Both the position numbers and the translations under genes were made by a program. Below the pieces are notes generated by a model, which was not told the DNA's origin, did no database searches, and worked only from the letters and a program-made list of their open reading frames with translations. Below are positions 20,258 to 30,929 of a stretch of DNA of 64,000 nt, in pieces; positions within the stretch are counted from its first letter, which is position 1, and each line of letters opens with the position of its first letter. The stretch comes from an uncultured delta proteobacterium (lineage in GTDB: Bacteria; Myxococcota_A; Polyangia; Fen-1088), in the NCBI GenBank assembly GCA_963796685.1, contig CAWCMR010000022.1, forward strand, positions 128,001-192,000, written 5' to 3'.

Positions 20258-21610
20258 ATGAATCAACTCAAACGGTTTTGGAGCGTTCTGCGGTCGAGCT
20301 TTTGGTTTGTGCCTTCGCTGATTGTGGCGGGCAGCATCGCCCTCGCGGTGGCGTTGATTGAAGTGGACTCCGCCGGGAGCGAACACTGGCTGGTCCACTG
20401 GCCGCGCCTGTTTGGGGCCAGCGCGGCAGGCGCGCGCGGGATGTTGTCCACGATTGCCGGTTCGATGATGACCGTGGTGGGGGTCGCGTTTTCGATGGTA
20501 TTGGTGACGCTGGCGCTGGCCTCGAGCCAATACACCTCGCGAATCCTGCGAAACTTCATGCGAGACCGCGTCACGCAGGTCGTGCTCGGCATCTTCGCCG
20601 GCATTTTCGCCTATTGCCTGATCGTCTTGCGTACCATCCGCGGTGCCGACCAGGGCGGATTCGTTCCGAGCCTGGCCGTCTCGTTCGGCGTCGTGCTGGC
20701 AATCGCCGGCGTCGGTGCCCTCATCTTCTTCATTCATCACATTGCCACTTCGATTCAAGCCTCAAGCATCATTGCCTCGGTGGCCGAGGAGACCCTGGTG
20801 GCCGTTGACCGGCTTTTCCCGGGGAAACTTGGACAAGAGCCGGTTGACGACGACGAGGATCAGGCAACGCTCCCGCTGCCGGAGTGGAACTGGCAGACCG
20901 TCCCGGCCGAAAGGACCGGCTACATTCAAAGCGTGAACAACGCGGCCCTCCAGCGCGTGGCGCAGGAGAACAAGACCATTGTGCGGATGGAGCGCGGCAT
21001 CGGCGAGTTTGTGGTGCAAGACACCCCGCTCGCCTCGCTCGCCCTGGACGGCCCGCGGGGACCGGTGATCGTCGCTGCCGTGCAGGCGGCCTACAGCATC
21101 GACAGGCACCGCACGGTTTACCAAGATTGCGGTTTCGGCATCAGACAGATCGTGGATATGGCGTTGCGCGCACTTTCCCCCAGCGTCAACGACACCACGA
21201 CGGCGGTGATGTGCGTGGACTATCTGCAGGCGATTCTGGCACGACTGGCCTGTCGGGGAATTCCTTCGTCGCACCGCTACGAGGACGGAGAATTGAGGAT
21301 TATCGCCATCGGACCGACGTTTGCGGGCCTGGTGGCCGAATCGTTCGATCAAATTCGAGGCAGCTCCAACGGCAATGTCGGCATCATGTTACGGATGCTG
21401 GGCGCGCTGCAAACCATCGGCGATCTCACGGCCAGTCCGAGCCGGCGACAGGCGCTGCGGGAACAAGCGCAATGGATTGCCGAGCTGGCCACGCGCACCA
21501 TCGCGTCCCCACACGACCGGGCCCGGTTTGAGAGCCGGCTGGCGCGGGTGCGCGCCGCGCTCGAAACGGAGCCGGCTCCCGTGGCAGGGGTACGAAAGAC
21601 GGTGATTTAG
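20258..21610 (+). CDS. DUF2254-family membrane protein
   Basis: LALASSQYTSRIL, FIHHIA, RALSPSVNDTTTA. Confidence 0.85.
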   Translation: MNQLKRFWSVLRSSFWFVPSLIVAGSIALAVALIEVDSAGSEHWLVHWPRLFGASAAGARGMLSTIAGSMMTVVGVAFSMVLVTLALASSQYTSRILRNFMRDRVTQVVLGIFAGIFAYCLIVLRTIRGADQGGFVPSLAVSFGVVLAIAGVGALIFFIHHIATSIQASSIIASVAEETLVAVDRLFPGKLGQEPVDDDEDQATLPLPEWNWQTVPAERTGYIQSVNNAALQRVAQENKTIVRMERGIGEFVVQDTPLASLALDGPRGPVIVAAVQAAYSIDRHRTVYQDCGFGIRQIVDMALRALSPSVNDTTTAVMCVDYLQAILARLACRGIPSSHRYEDGELRIIAIGPTFAGLVAESFDQIRGSSNGNVGIMLRMLGALQTIGDLTASPSRRQALREQAQWIAELATRTIASPHDRARFESRLARVRAALETEPAPVAGVRKTVI

Positions 21611-22342
21611 AAGCGCATGACCAGGACGATGCCCGAAGCGTTCCTGGCAACAAGTGGCACGACTGCCATTCGCAGCCCGGCCGTGGGCGCAGCCAAGTCA
21701 CCTCTGCGGTATGCGTTTAGAGCGTTCAGAGCGCCCACCGGCTGAGTCAAGATCATGATTTCGCCTGTCGCGACGCCAGTCAGCAAACTGATGGTTGCGC
21801 TGGTCCAGTGCCCGAATCCCGCACCAAGGACAAAGAAGATTCCCGCATTGACGACGATATTGCCTCCATGGAAGAGCAGACTCCGCCCCTCTTGTTCATT
21901 GGCGGCGTCTCGCATTAGAAATTCTTCTGCTCGGGGAAGCGATACACATGCATCTGCTGCGGGTGTCTCGGCTCGAAGGCTCGTCGAGCTCCTTTTCATC
22001 AGCCATGACTTTCAACGGTGTGACAAGCAAGGGTACCAATCCAATCAGCGAGGCACCGCCACCCACATAGAAATCCGGTCCCGAGGCATGGGACACCAAA
22101 GGTGCGGCGACGAATTGGCCGATCGCGAGAGACGAATAGATTGCCCCCCAAGAGTAGCTCCACATGCTGGCGTGATGGGCGTCGCTGTGCAGGCGTTCGC
22201 GAATGAAACGAAGACGCGTCTCCGCATCCAAGTGCTGCAGCGCAGGTTCCCCCCCGACAAAAGTAGTCGGGCATTCGGTTCCGAACGCCGAGCTAGCGGA
22301 CAGGGCGAGAGAGAGGCCCAATGCGCTCCATCCCCGACTCAT
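21607..22342 (-). pseudogene. Exported/membrane hypothetical protein, +1 frameshift near 21980
   Basis: Signal peptide MSRGWSALGLSLALSASSAFG in the 21896 frame; continues as LRAETPAAD...GIVLVMRF in the 21607 frame. Confidence 0.65.
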
Positions 22343-22493
22343 TCGGATGAAGCATAGCAGGGTGGGGGCCATGGTGACGGCGCCAGTCAAGTCGGGGACC
22401 GAAAGGCTGGCGCGCCGGGCGTGGCGTGCTAGACACGTTTGTCTTGGCCAGACTTGCCGATGGGTTCCTCATACCGCCGAAGCGGGAGCAACG

Positions 22494-23268
22494 GTGTTCG
22501 GCTGGTTGAGGAGACGGCGGCGGGAGGGGATTCGGCGCCGTCCGTTTCCGGTCGAATGGCGTGCGGTCATCGAGAAGAACGTTCCCTTCGCGGCGTGCCT
22601 GCCTCCGGAAGACCGCGTGGAAGCTCGAAGGTCACATTCAGGTGTTTCTCGAGGAGAAGTACTTCGAAGGTTGTGGCGGGTTGCAGATCACCGACGAGGC
22701 GCGGGTTACGATCGCTGCCCAGGCATGTGTTCTTCTCCTCCATCGCGAGACGGACTACTACCCGAACCTCGTCTCCATCTTGGTGTATCCCAGCACCTAT
22801 CTTGTCCCGGGTGGTCAGCGCACCACGGATGGATTGGTCGCCGACGGTCTGCAAGCGCGGCTCGGAGAATCATGGGCGCGCGATGTGGTCGTGCTGGCCT
22901 GGGATAGCGTGCTTTCGGGCGCAGCCGATATTCACGACGGACACAACGTCGTTTTGCACGAATTCGCGCACCAGCTGGACCAAGAGTGCAATACGGGCCA
23001 GGGGGTGCCGGTGCTTCCCAGGCGTTCGATGTACGTCGCGTGGGCGCGCGTTCTCGGTCACGACTTCGATCAGCTCGTGCGTGAGACCCAGCACCATCAC
23101 CGGACGCTGATGGACCAGTATGGCGCGACCAATCCAGCCGAGTTCTTTGCCGTGGCGACCGAGACGTTCTTCGAAAAGCCACGCCGGCTTCGGGAAAAGC
23201 ATCCACAGCTCTATTCCCAACTGCAGCAGTTCTACCGCCAGGATCCGGCAACGCTCGTCGAAGGCTGA
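22494..23268 (+). pseudogene. Zinc-dependent peptidase M90 (MtfA-like), +1 frameshift near 22623
   Basis: MFGWLRRRRR...PFP.EW N-terminus; IAAQAC, GESW, HEFAHQLD, YGATNPAEFFAVATETFFE. Confidence 0.85.
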
Positions 23269-23277
23269 TTCGGGTCG

Positions 23278-23763
23278 TCAGGGAGCGATCTTCTCGCTCA
23301 GCCACTGCCGGGTCGTCTCGACGGAGTCTTTCAACGCGACGTAGGACTCGTTGAAGCCACTCTTCACATCGTTCCAGGTGGACTCGGTAGCGTTCTGCGC
23401 CTGGTCGAGCTGTTGCTTCGTCTTGGTCCATTTCTCGCGCACGACTTCCAGCTTGGCCTTGGCCTCGGCCTTCGCCGCGCCACCGGAGTCGTCAACCTTG
23501 GCGGCGAGGAGGTTCAGGTCGTCCTGGAGCTCGCCGAGGTCTTTGTTCATCTTGGCGACGAATTCGGACCTCCGCGCGTAGGCGTAGTCCTCCATCGCTT
23601 GTGCGGCTTCTGCCGTTGCTGCCTTGGCCTTGCCGAGCTGAAGGGCCGCAGCTGAGTCTTGCTGCGTCCCATTCGTCGGTCTGTCGGCAGTGGATTTGCA
23701 GCCTACGGCCAGAACCCCAGCGGAAAAGATGAAGAGCGGGAAAGCCAGTTTCGAGTTGGTCAT
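23278..23763 (-). CDS. Helical coiled-coil lipoprotein
   Basis: Lipobox LAVGC; amphipathic helices ending in TWNDVKSGF. Confidence 0.75.
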   Translation of the reverse strand: MTNSKLAFPLFIFSAGVLAVGCKSTADRPTNGTQQDSAAALQLGKAKAATAEAAQAMEDYAYARRSEFVAKMNKDLGELQDDLNLLAAKVDDSGGAAKAEAKAKLEVVREKWTKTKQQLDQAQNATESTWNDVKSGFNESYVALKDSVETTRQWLSEKIAP

Positions 23764-23791
23764 GAGTCTTCCTTTGCTTGGGTTGTCGACT

Positions 23792-23941
23792 TCAAGTCAG
23801 GCGGCGCCCCTGGATGATACGAACCAGGACCAGGACTACGGCGGCCACGAGAAGGATATGGATGAACCCTCCCATGGCGTGAGCCGTGAAGAATCCGAGT
23901 GCCCACAACACCAGAAGGATGACGGCGATTGTCCACAGCAT
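23792..23941 (-). CDS. lmo0937-family small membrane protein, 49 aa, absent from the ORF track
   Basis: MLWTIAVILLVLWALGFFTAHAMGGFIHILLVAAVVLVLVRIIQGRRLT. Confidence 0.85.
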   Translation of the reverse strand: MLWTIAVILLVLWALGFFTAHAMGGFIHILLVAAVVLVLVRIIQGRRLT

Positions 23942-23953
23942 GGTCGTCTCCGG

Positions 23954-24139
23954 TCACGAAATGGCGTTGCGAAGTGGGCGCGAGGTCTTGAAGCGTGGCG
24001 CGTGCCACAACATGTGCGAGATGGTCTGCGTGGCCAGACTGGAAACCTCTTGCGGGTTGGCGCCGTACTGCGCGGCCTTGTCGAATACGGTCAGGATCAA
24101 TTCGCCTAGGGGGACGGTCGCTTGCATTTGGGTCTTCAT
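23954..24139 (-). CDS. Small hypothetical protein (61 aa), first gene of a putative sigma54 operon
   Basis: RBS AAGG; LGELILTVFDKAAQY; lies directly behind the -24/-12 site. Confidence 0.7.
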   Translation of the reverse strand: MKTQMQATVPLGELILTVFDKAAQYGANPQEVSSLATQTISHMLWHAPRFKTSRPLRNAIS

Positions 24140-24169
24140 ATCTTTGCCTTTCTTGGAATATGCATTCTA

Positions 24170-24290
24170 CCTACAGCAGGTTTCGGGCCATCAAGTAGTT
24201 GGCATTGAATTCAGCAGGTTGCATCGTGAATCGCGATTGTTCCTGGCTTGTTCAATCAAGGTGACGTAGCTTTCCCATCAAATCGAAGGA
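24170..24290. repeat. 121-bp direct repeat, copy 1 (promoter/enhancer cassette)
   Basis: 115/121 identical to 29144-29264 by manual alignment. Confidence 0.92.
24175..24190 (-). promoter_or_regulatory. sigma54 promoter TGGCCCGAAACCTGCT
   Basis: GG-N10-GC about 35 bp before ATG 24139; IHF-like ATCAAgtagTTG at 24190-24201; boxes at 24256 and 24278. Confidence 0.75.
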
Positions 24291-24299
24291 GTGGCTGGT

Positions 24300-24470
24300 G
24301 ACGAGGGAGGGGCAGAAAGCAGGGCGAAGGCGTCGACACCCCTACCGCGCCAGTCATTGAAATCGCCCGCCATGACTATCGCCGCCTCACAGGGGATGCG
24401 TAAATTGATGTAGGCAGCCTGCATGCGAAGCTGCTTGCGGCGCGAGGCCGCAAATAGCCCGAGATGGATC
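24300..24470 (-). pseudogene. Fragment of an endonuclease/exonuclease/phosphatase (YbhP-like)
   Basis: IHLGL...IVMAGDFNDWRG motifs with no start or end of the domain. Confidence 0.55.
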
Positions 24471-24492
24471 GGCTCCTTTTGACCAGTCCGGC

Positions 24493-24864
24493 TCATGCTG
24501 CGACGCGCGGGCGCCGGCGCATCGCGACCGTCGAGGTCGCGACTGCATCGTCGTTTCCGCGAAGACGCAGCCACAACTTCGCAAGTCCAGCCAGCTCTAT
24601 CTGGCGCACACGTTCACGCGTGACCGACAATCGACTGGCAATCTCTTCGAGAGTCATGCCGCCACGCTCAGCGGCTTCAAGCGCGCAGGCTTCGCGCACG
24701 ACAGGAAGGTGCATCTCTGCCGGCTTTGCGCCGCGGTTGTCTCGTCGTTCGGAAGTCAGGTTGAAACGGCACACGGTGTGTGGGCACGGGCCCGGAAGCT
24801 TTCGGCAAGCACCCCCCGTGATTTCGTGGAGATTGATGTGCAATTCGCGGGGAATGCGTGGCAT
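24493..24864 (-). CDS. Stand-alone sigma70 region-4-like HTH protein with a Cys-rich N-terminus
   Basis: MTLEEIASRLSVTRERVRQIE; CxxxxxxCxxxxC...CAL. Confidence 0.8.
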   Translation of the reverse strand: MPRIPRELHINLHEITGGACRKLPGPCPHTVCRFNLTSERRDNRGAKPAEMHLPVVREACALEAAERGGMTLEEIASRLSVTRERVRQIELAGLAKLWLRLRGNDDAVATSTVAMRRRPRVAA

Positions 24865-24918
24865 AGGACACCTCCAGGTCTGGAGTTGATGGGTCGTTTC
24901 GCGGATTCCAGTCGACCA

Positions 24919-24934
24919 AGCAGCTTTCGAGCCA
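24919..24934 (-). promoter_or_regulatory. sigma54 promoter TGGCTCGAAAGCTGCT
   Basis: GG-N10-GC upstream of 24864; IHF-like ATCAAccacTTA at 24954-24965; box TCAaagTGA at 25001. Confidence 0.7.
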
Positions 24935-24999
24935 TGAGCGAAACGCAGTAGAGATCAACCACTTACAGCATGGCGGGCGACAAAGGCCGGTTCCGTTCC

Positions 25000-25686
25000 A
25001 TCAAAGTGAAGTTGTATCTCCGTCCCCATCAAGGATCTCTCGCACCTTTGCCGAAAGCCCCACGACGTCAAAGGGCTTCTGGATGAACCCGTTGCAACCG
25101 CTGTCGAGGAGCTCCTGGGCCTGTCCTTCGATGCTGTAACCACTGGAGAGGAGCCGGCGCGGTCAAGACCTCGTAGCCGAGCTTCTGCAAGAGGCGAGCG
25201 CTGACATTCACGATCTGCTCCTCGTCGTCGACGACCAGGATGGTCCCGGTACCGCGCCGAAGGACCGCCGTGGGGGTCTTGTCCTCCACGGCCTGACGTT
25301 CGGTCGCGGGCAGGAGAAGCGTGAAGACCGTGCCCTTGCCCGTCTCGCTCTCGACCCCGATGAAACCTGCGTGGTTCTTGATGATGCCGTAGACCGAGGC
25401 GAGCCCCAGCCCCGTGCCCTGGCCAGGGCCCTTGGTTGTGAAGAAGGGTTCGAAGATCCTCGCCATGGTTTTGGCGTCCATTCCACATCCCGTGTCGGTG
25501 ACGATGAGTTTCGCGTAAAGGCCAGGCGGAACCCCGGTCTGTGCTCCGGGCCCGCTGTAACTCCTCGTTCTGCATCTCCAGCTCAATCTGGTGTACTTGC
25601 AGTTCGTGCAATAGCCGGCGCATCTCCAACGGCGTGTTGGCCCTTTCCGCGCATCCGTCACTCCCATAACTTCCCTTGATCCCATT
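25000..25686 (-). pseudogene. Internally deleted hybrid histidine kinase
   Basis: LLHELQVHQIELEMQNEEL N-terminus joined out of frame to HATPase (TDTGCGMD, FEPFFTTK, GTGLGL) and a partial receiver domain. Confidence 0.75.
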
Positions 25687-25692
25687 TCCCTA

Positions 25693-28281
25693 TTAGACCG
25701 ATTGATTCTGGCGCAGTGTCGCCTCGAGTGTCTTGGCTGCGGTGATATCGGCAAAGGTGATCACGACGCCATCAATGCGGTTGTCCAGCGTGCGGTAGGG
25801 CATGATGCGCACCGCGAACCAGCGCCCGTCGACGGTCTTCACCGGCGTCTCCTTGAACACCAGGGTTCGGAGGACAGTTTGCGCGTCGGAAGCGAGCTCG
25901 GGATAGACCAAATCCGAAGCAAGATCGCTGATGGGTCGATTCAGGTCGCCGGGAATGAGCTTGATGATCTTCGTCATCCGCGGGGTGAAGCGCCGCACCT
26001 TCAGCGCTTCATCCAGGAACAGGGTGGCGATGTCGGTGCTGTCCAGCAGGTTTCGCATGTCATCGTTGGCGTGCGATTCGGCGTCGACCTTGGCCTGCAG
26101 CTCGTGATTGAGGGTTTGCAGCTCCTCGTTCAGGGACTGCATTTCCTCCTTGGACGTGGTCAGCTCCTCGTTCGTGCTCTGCAGCTCCTCGTTGGTGGAC
26201 TGCAATTCCTCGTTGGCCGATTTGAGCTCTTCCTGGGACGTCTGCATTTCCTCCCGCGTGGATCGGATCTCCTCGCGCGCATGCCGTAGCTCCTTTTCCA
26301 GCCTCTCCTCGGACGCGGAAATGCGCGTGCGCTTGCCCGCCGGTTTATCGGCGGGGGACTCGCTCACCTCGGTGAACACGATCATCACCATCCCGCACAT
26401 CGCTGGCGGCTCGCGCAGCGGCTCGATGGTGACGTCAACAACCTGGACGACCCCGCGGTCTTTCAACCGCACGCGAATCTGCGCGGCGCCGCGCTGCTCT
26501 CGCAGTGCCTTCTGGAAGGCACCACCAAGCTCGTTGCGCAATCCCTCGCGGGCCATGGCATGGATGTTCCAGTTGGCTTTGCCGGCAGCCGGCTCGAGAT
26601 ACCTGCCCGTTCGCCCGCTGATATAGAGAATGTCCCCCTGGCCGTTGGTGAGCACGGCGGCGGGGGAATAGCGGGCGAGCAGAAGCTGCTCGGCCTGAGC
26701 TTGCAGATTGGGAAGCGCCACCCCTCTGCCAGCCGCCGGGTCCGTCGGACGTGGACGGGCATGGAAGGATGCCGGAAATTCGACCGGCGTGGCCCCGGGC
26801 TGTGCATCGAGGCGGCGATGGATCCGGTTTTTGCCGCCCTTCGGGGCAAAAAGGTCGGCGACCGGCCCCAGCGTCTCCGCGCTGCCCAGAAAGAGGATGC
26901 CGCCCGGACTCAGGCTGTAGTGAAAAATCGGAAGAAGCTTCGTTTGCAGCTCGGGCTCGAAGTAGATGAGAAGGTTGCGGCAACTCAGAATGTCCAGCTT
27001 GGTGAAAGGGGGATCCATGATGATGTTCTGGGTGGCGAAAACCACCGACTCGCGGATGTCCTGCCGCACTCGGTAGCCTTGCTCTTCCTTCACGAAGAAT
27101 CGGCCCAATCGCTCCACCGAAACGTCGCTGGCGATGCTGGTCGGGTAGCTTCCCTGTCTCGCTCTTTCGATGGAGTCCTTGTCGAGGTCGGTGGCGAAGA
27201 TCTGCAGCAGGTAGCTTCGGGCCGGCTGCGCCTCCGCCAATACCTCCCTGAAGATAATGGCCAGCGAATATGCCTCCTCTCCGGTCGAGCAGCCTGGCAC
27301 CCACGCCCGCAGTACCCCACCCATGGGGCGTTCCGACAGCAGGGCAGGGATGGCCTTTTTCTTCAGGTAGTCCCAGGCTTCCGGATCGCGGAAGAAGTTG
27401 GTTACGCCGATGAGGAGTTCCTTGAAGAGAATTGCGGTTTCCTGCGGGCTCTCCTGCATATAGCGCAAGTAGCCGGTGATACCGGCGATGTGGTGAAGTC
27501 CCATGCGCCGCTCGATGCGGCGGTAGATGGTGCTTCGCTTGTACTGCGAAAAATCGTGACCGGTCTGACTTCGCAAGAGGACGCATATCTTCTCGATCGC
27601 ACTTTCGGTCTTGGAGGCCAGGACGAGACCGGGAGAGGCTACGCGTGGAGGGCGGGCGAGGTAGGCTACGATCTTGTCAGCCAGTTCCTCGACGGGCGCC
27701 ACCACATCCGCCAGCCCTGCATCGATGGCGCTCCTGGGCATGGAGTCGAACTTGGCAGACGCGGGGCTTTGCACGAACACCGCCCCCCCCTTCTCTTTGA
27801 TGGCAGAGAGACCGAGGGTACCATCCGATCCCATTCCCGAGAGGAGCACCCCGATGCCCTGGGGCCCTTGGTCCGCGGCCAGGGAGCGCAGGAAAAGGTC
27901 AATGGGCAGACGCAGCCCATGCGGCGCCGCCGGTGCCAGCAAGTGCAGCACTCCGTGCAGGATAGACAGATCTTTGTTGGGAGGAATGACGTAGACGCGA
28001 TCAGGCTCGACCTTCAGGCGATCCTTGACCTGAAGAACCTTCATCGGTGTGGCCCGCGATAGCAGCTCGACCAACATGCCCTTGTGAGTCGGGTCCAAAT
28101 GTTGAACGATCACGAAGGCGAGGCCGCTCTTGTCCGGTAAGTGGCGCAAGAAGGTCTCGAGCGCCTCCAGACCTCCAGCCGAGGCACCGATGCCGACGAT
28201 GGGGAACGAAGGAGGCGTTCCCGCGACCAATTTGGTGGCTTTCTCCGCTTTCAGGGTTTTCAGTTGTCGTTTGCGAGTCAT
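25693..28281 (-). CDS. CheB methylesterase / CheR methyltransferase / PAS fusion
   Basis: GIGASAGG, QHL, GMGSDG; IGVTNFFRD, GCSTGEEAY, SCRNLLIY; NEELQS heptads; start set at MTRKRQ. Confidence 0.92.
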   Translation of the reverse strand: MTRKRQLKTLKAEKATKLVAGTPPSFPIVGIGASAGGLEALETFLRHLPDKSGLAFVIVQHLDPTHKGMLVELLSRATPMKVLQVKDRLKVEPDRVYVIPPNKDLSILHGVLHLLAPAAPHGLRLPIDLFLRSLAADQGPQGIGVLLSGMGSDGTLGLSAIKEKGGAVFVQSPASAKFDSMPRSAIDAGLADVVAPVEELADKIVAYLARPPRVASPGLVLASKTESAIEKICVLLRSQTGHDFSQYKRSTIYRRIERRMGLHHIAGITGYLRYMQESPQETAILFKELLIGVTNFFRDPEAWDYLKKKAIPALLSERPMGGVLRAWVPGCSTGEEAYSLAIIFREVLAEAQPARSYLLQIFATDLDKDSIERARQGSYPTSIASDVSVERLGRFFVKEEQGYRVRQDIRESVVFATQNIIMDPPFTKLDILSCRNLLIYFEPELQTKLLPIFHYSLSPGGILFLGSAETLGPVADLFAPKGGKNRIHRRLDAQPGATPVEFPASFHARPRPTDPAAGRGVALPNLQAQAEQLLLARYSPAAVLTNGQGDILYISGRTGRYLEPAAGKANWNIHAMAREGLRNELGGAFQKALREQRGAAQIRVRLKDRGVVQVVDVTIEPLREPPAMCGMVMIVFTEVSESPADKPAGKRTRISASEERLEKELRHAREEIRSTREEMQTSQEELKSANEELQSTNEELQSTNEELTTSKEEMQSLNEELQTLNHELQAKVDAESHANDDMRNLLDSTDIATLFLDEALKVRRFTPRMTKIIKLIPGDLNRPISDLASDLVYPELASDAQTVLRTLVFKETPVKTVDGRWFAVRIMPYRTLDNRIDGVVITFADITAAKTLEATLRQNQSV

Positions 28282-28320
28282 TTGGGTAGGGCTCCCGATT
28301 GTGAGCTTGGCCGAGCCTGA

Positions 28321-28336
28321 TGCATGGTCTGGGCCA
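28321..28336 (-). promoter_or_regulatory. sigma54 promoter TGGCCCAGACCATGCA
   Basis: GG-N10-GC 40 bp before the CheB/R start; the shared upstream box is not seen here. Confidence 0.55.
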
Positions 28337-28449
28337 GTCGAGGTTGTGCGAGCGAAGCGAGATGTTCGATGAGGCGAAGGCACCATTGGCTGCGCGCTTG
28401 ACGTACGCTCCTGGAGCTCACCGCAGCGAAGAGAGGATGAGGGTGCCCG

Positions 28450-29172
28450 ATGAATGGCAAGGATGACAAGCCGAAAGGCATCGCCGGACTGCGCTGGCGG
28501 GCCGAAGAGATCGCCCAGGGGCAAGGCGCTCTCTCGCCAAAGGAGCTCACGCTCATGTCGCGCGAAGAAATGCTGAAGCTTGTCCATGAGCTTCGCGTGC
28601 ATCAGATCGAGCTGAAGATGCAGAATGAAGAGCTGGTTCGGGCCCAATCGGACCTGACCGCGACCAGGGAGCGCTATTTCGATCTCTGTAACTTGGCGCC
28701 CGTGGGTTACTTCGTCGTCTCCCGCGAGGGGCGCATTTTGGAAACCAATTCGACCGGCGCTATCCTGCTGGGCCTTCCCCGGGCCGCTCTCATCAAACAG
28801 CCCATCACCAAAACGGGCCAAGCGCTCACGTGCGAGCTGCGGATGGTGAAGGCCGACGGAGCCGCATTCTGGGTTCGCCTGACAGCCACCACGCAGGCCC
28901 CCGCAGGCACCGACGGTGCGCCCGTGAGCCGCGTCGTGCTGAGCGACATAAGCGAGCAGAAACAGATGGAGCGAGACAATGCCATGCTGGATGCTCGACT
29001 GCAACAGACCGAGCTCCAGGGCGCCGAGACCGCAAGCCCTCGAGGGGAAAAGGTGGCAAAGGCAGCAGAGATCGGGGAAAGACCTCCGGAAGCTGAGTCT
29101 TGCGGCGTTCCATTCATGGCGTGCGCCGCGAAGAATCCGAGTCCCTACAGCAGGTTTCGGGCCGTCAAGTAG
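28450..29172 (+). pseudogene. Truncated PAS sensor (kinase domains lost)
   Basis: LVHELRVHQIELKMQNEEL, PAS (LAPVGY), DISEQKQME; ends before any H-box. Confidence 0.65.
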
Positions 29173-29264
29173 TCGGCAATGAATTCAGCAGCTTGCGTCG
29201 TGAATCGCGATTGTTCCTGGCTTGTTCAATCAAGGTGACGTAGGTTTCCCATCAAATCGAAGGA
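29144..29264. repeat. 121-bp direct repeat, copy 2, containing a minus-strand sigma54 site (CGGCCCGAAACCTGCT, 29149-29164)
   Basis: Matches 24170-24290; lies directly upstream of the XylR-N activator. Confidence 0.92.
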
Positions 29265-29276
29265 CTGGTGGTGGTG

Positions 29277-30929
29277 ATGAGGGCAGGCGATCTAGACCAT
29301 AAGGAATTGCTCGAGCTCGACCCGGAAGGAGGCGTGATTCGCTTCGCCGGACAGCGAGCGCTGCTGCTCGATGCAGTGGCCATGGGACTTCTGCGCAAAT
29401 ACCTCGTGGAAAACTTTGGTGCCACCGCGGCGCGCACCGTGCTGACTCAATTCGGCTTTGCCCACGGTTGGCGCATGGCCGAGGCCATGCAGGCCGAATT
29501 CCAGTGGGAGAACAAGGCGGAGTGGCAGCTCGCCGGTACCCGCATCCACACCCTCGAGGGTCTCTTTCGCTTGGAGTTGGAGAGCCAGGGACCTCTTTCC
29601 AAGCCGGGCATGACGCTCACGGCGTCCTACGAAGCGGAGCAACATCTCCTGCACTTCGGTCGCTCGGACGTGCCCGCGTGCTGGACCATTTGTGGCCTGA
29701 CCAGCGGCTACCTCAGCAAGAGCTCGGGGAAGAGATCTACGTCCTCGAAGACCGCTGTATGGGCAAGGGCGATGTGGCCTGCCACCTCATCGGCCGGACG
29801 CGTGCGGAGTGGGGTGACGAGCACGCGGAGGAGCTGCGTTTCTTCGAGGCGAAGCGGCTCGAGGACTGCCTCGACGTTTCGCTCCAGCGGGTCACGGAGA
29901 CGCTCAAGGTCGCCGAACAGAAGCTGCGCACCCACCGTCGCGCTCTGGTTCGCGTGGCCCGCGATGTCGAGGAACCGCTCGGGATCGTCGCCAAGAGCGT
30001 CGCTATGGCGCAGTTGGTGGATTTGGCGCGCCGGGTGGCCAAAGTCGATTCGACCGTTCTCATCACCGGGGAGAGCGGATCGGGCAAGGAGCGGGTTGCC
30101 CGACTGGTGCACGAAGAGTCCACGCGCGCCGCGGGGCCGTTCGTCGCCGTCAACTGCGGCGCCATCACCGAAACCCTGCTCGAAAGCGAGCTCTTCGGTC
30201 ACGCCCGCGGTGCGTTCACGGGCGCCACGCAAGATCGGCCGGGCCTGTTCGAGTCGGCCAACAGCGGGACGCTGCTGCTCGACGAAGTCGGCGAGGTCTC
30301 GCCGGGCATGCAGGTGAAGCTCTTGCGCGCGCTGCAAGAGCGGGAGATCCGGCGCGTGGGCGAGAACAAGAGTCGCAAGGTCGACGTGCGCGTGGTGGCT
30401 GCCACCAACCGCGACCTCGCCCACGGCGTGGCAGGCGGCAGTTTCCGCCAGGATCTCTACTATCGGCTCAAGGTCGTCGAGCTGCACGTCCCACCCCTGC
30501 GCGAGCGCAGAGACGACATCTTGCCCCTCGGCCGCGTGCTGCTCGCGAGCTCGGCACTGCAGATGAAGCGCAAGATCGCGGGGCTTGCCCCGGACGCCGC
30601 CGACCAGCTTCTGCGCTACGAGTGGCCGGGGAACGTGCGCGAGCTGGAAAACGCCATGGAGCGGGCCGTCGCGCTCGCTCGCGGAACCCGAGTCGAGCTC
30701 GAGGATCTGCCGGAGGAGATCCGCCAGGCACTGACGGCCCCCGTGGCCACCAAGGGGAAGGTGCGGCCGCTCGAAGAGGTCGAGAAGGAGTACATCCTCG
30801 CGGCCTTGGAGCTGCAATGACGGCAACCAGACCCACACCGCCCAGCAGCTCCACATCGGCTCGGCGACGCTCTACCGCAAGCTCAAGAGCTACGGTTTGA
30901 TCGGCAAGAAGCACGCACTCGCGAGCTAA
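29277..30929 (+). pseudogene. XylR-N/V4R sigma54-dependent activator with two frameshifts (about 29730 and 30815)
   Basis: [31 protein letters not shown]; [24 protein letters not shown]; Fis HTH (TAQQLHIGSATLYRKL) in a shifted frame. Confidence 0.88.

Noticed and set aside
24250-24265. Enhancer box as an FNR site
   Set aside because: Only a TTGAT half-site; the full TTGAT-N4-ATCAA is absent and the spacing fits a bEBP site better.
26100-26260. Periodic 21-bp repeats as a CRISPR or tandem array
   Set aside because: They encode the standard NEELQS heptads of CheR fusions; no spacers or cas genes were seen anywhere in the window.
28386-28402. Possible plus-strand sigma54 site TGGCTGCGCGCTTGAC before the PAS gene
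   Set aside because: Has GA in place of the invariant -12 GC.
28282-29004. Long N-terminal extension of CheB/CheR
   Set aside because: Antisense shadow of the PAS gene; a promoter-like site and the family start lie at 28281-28336.
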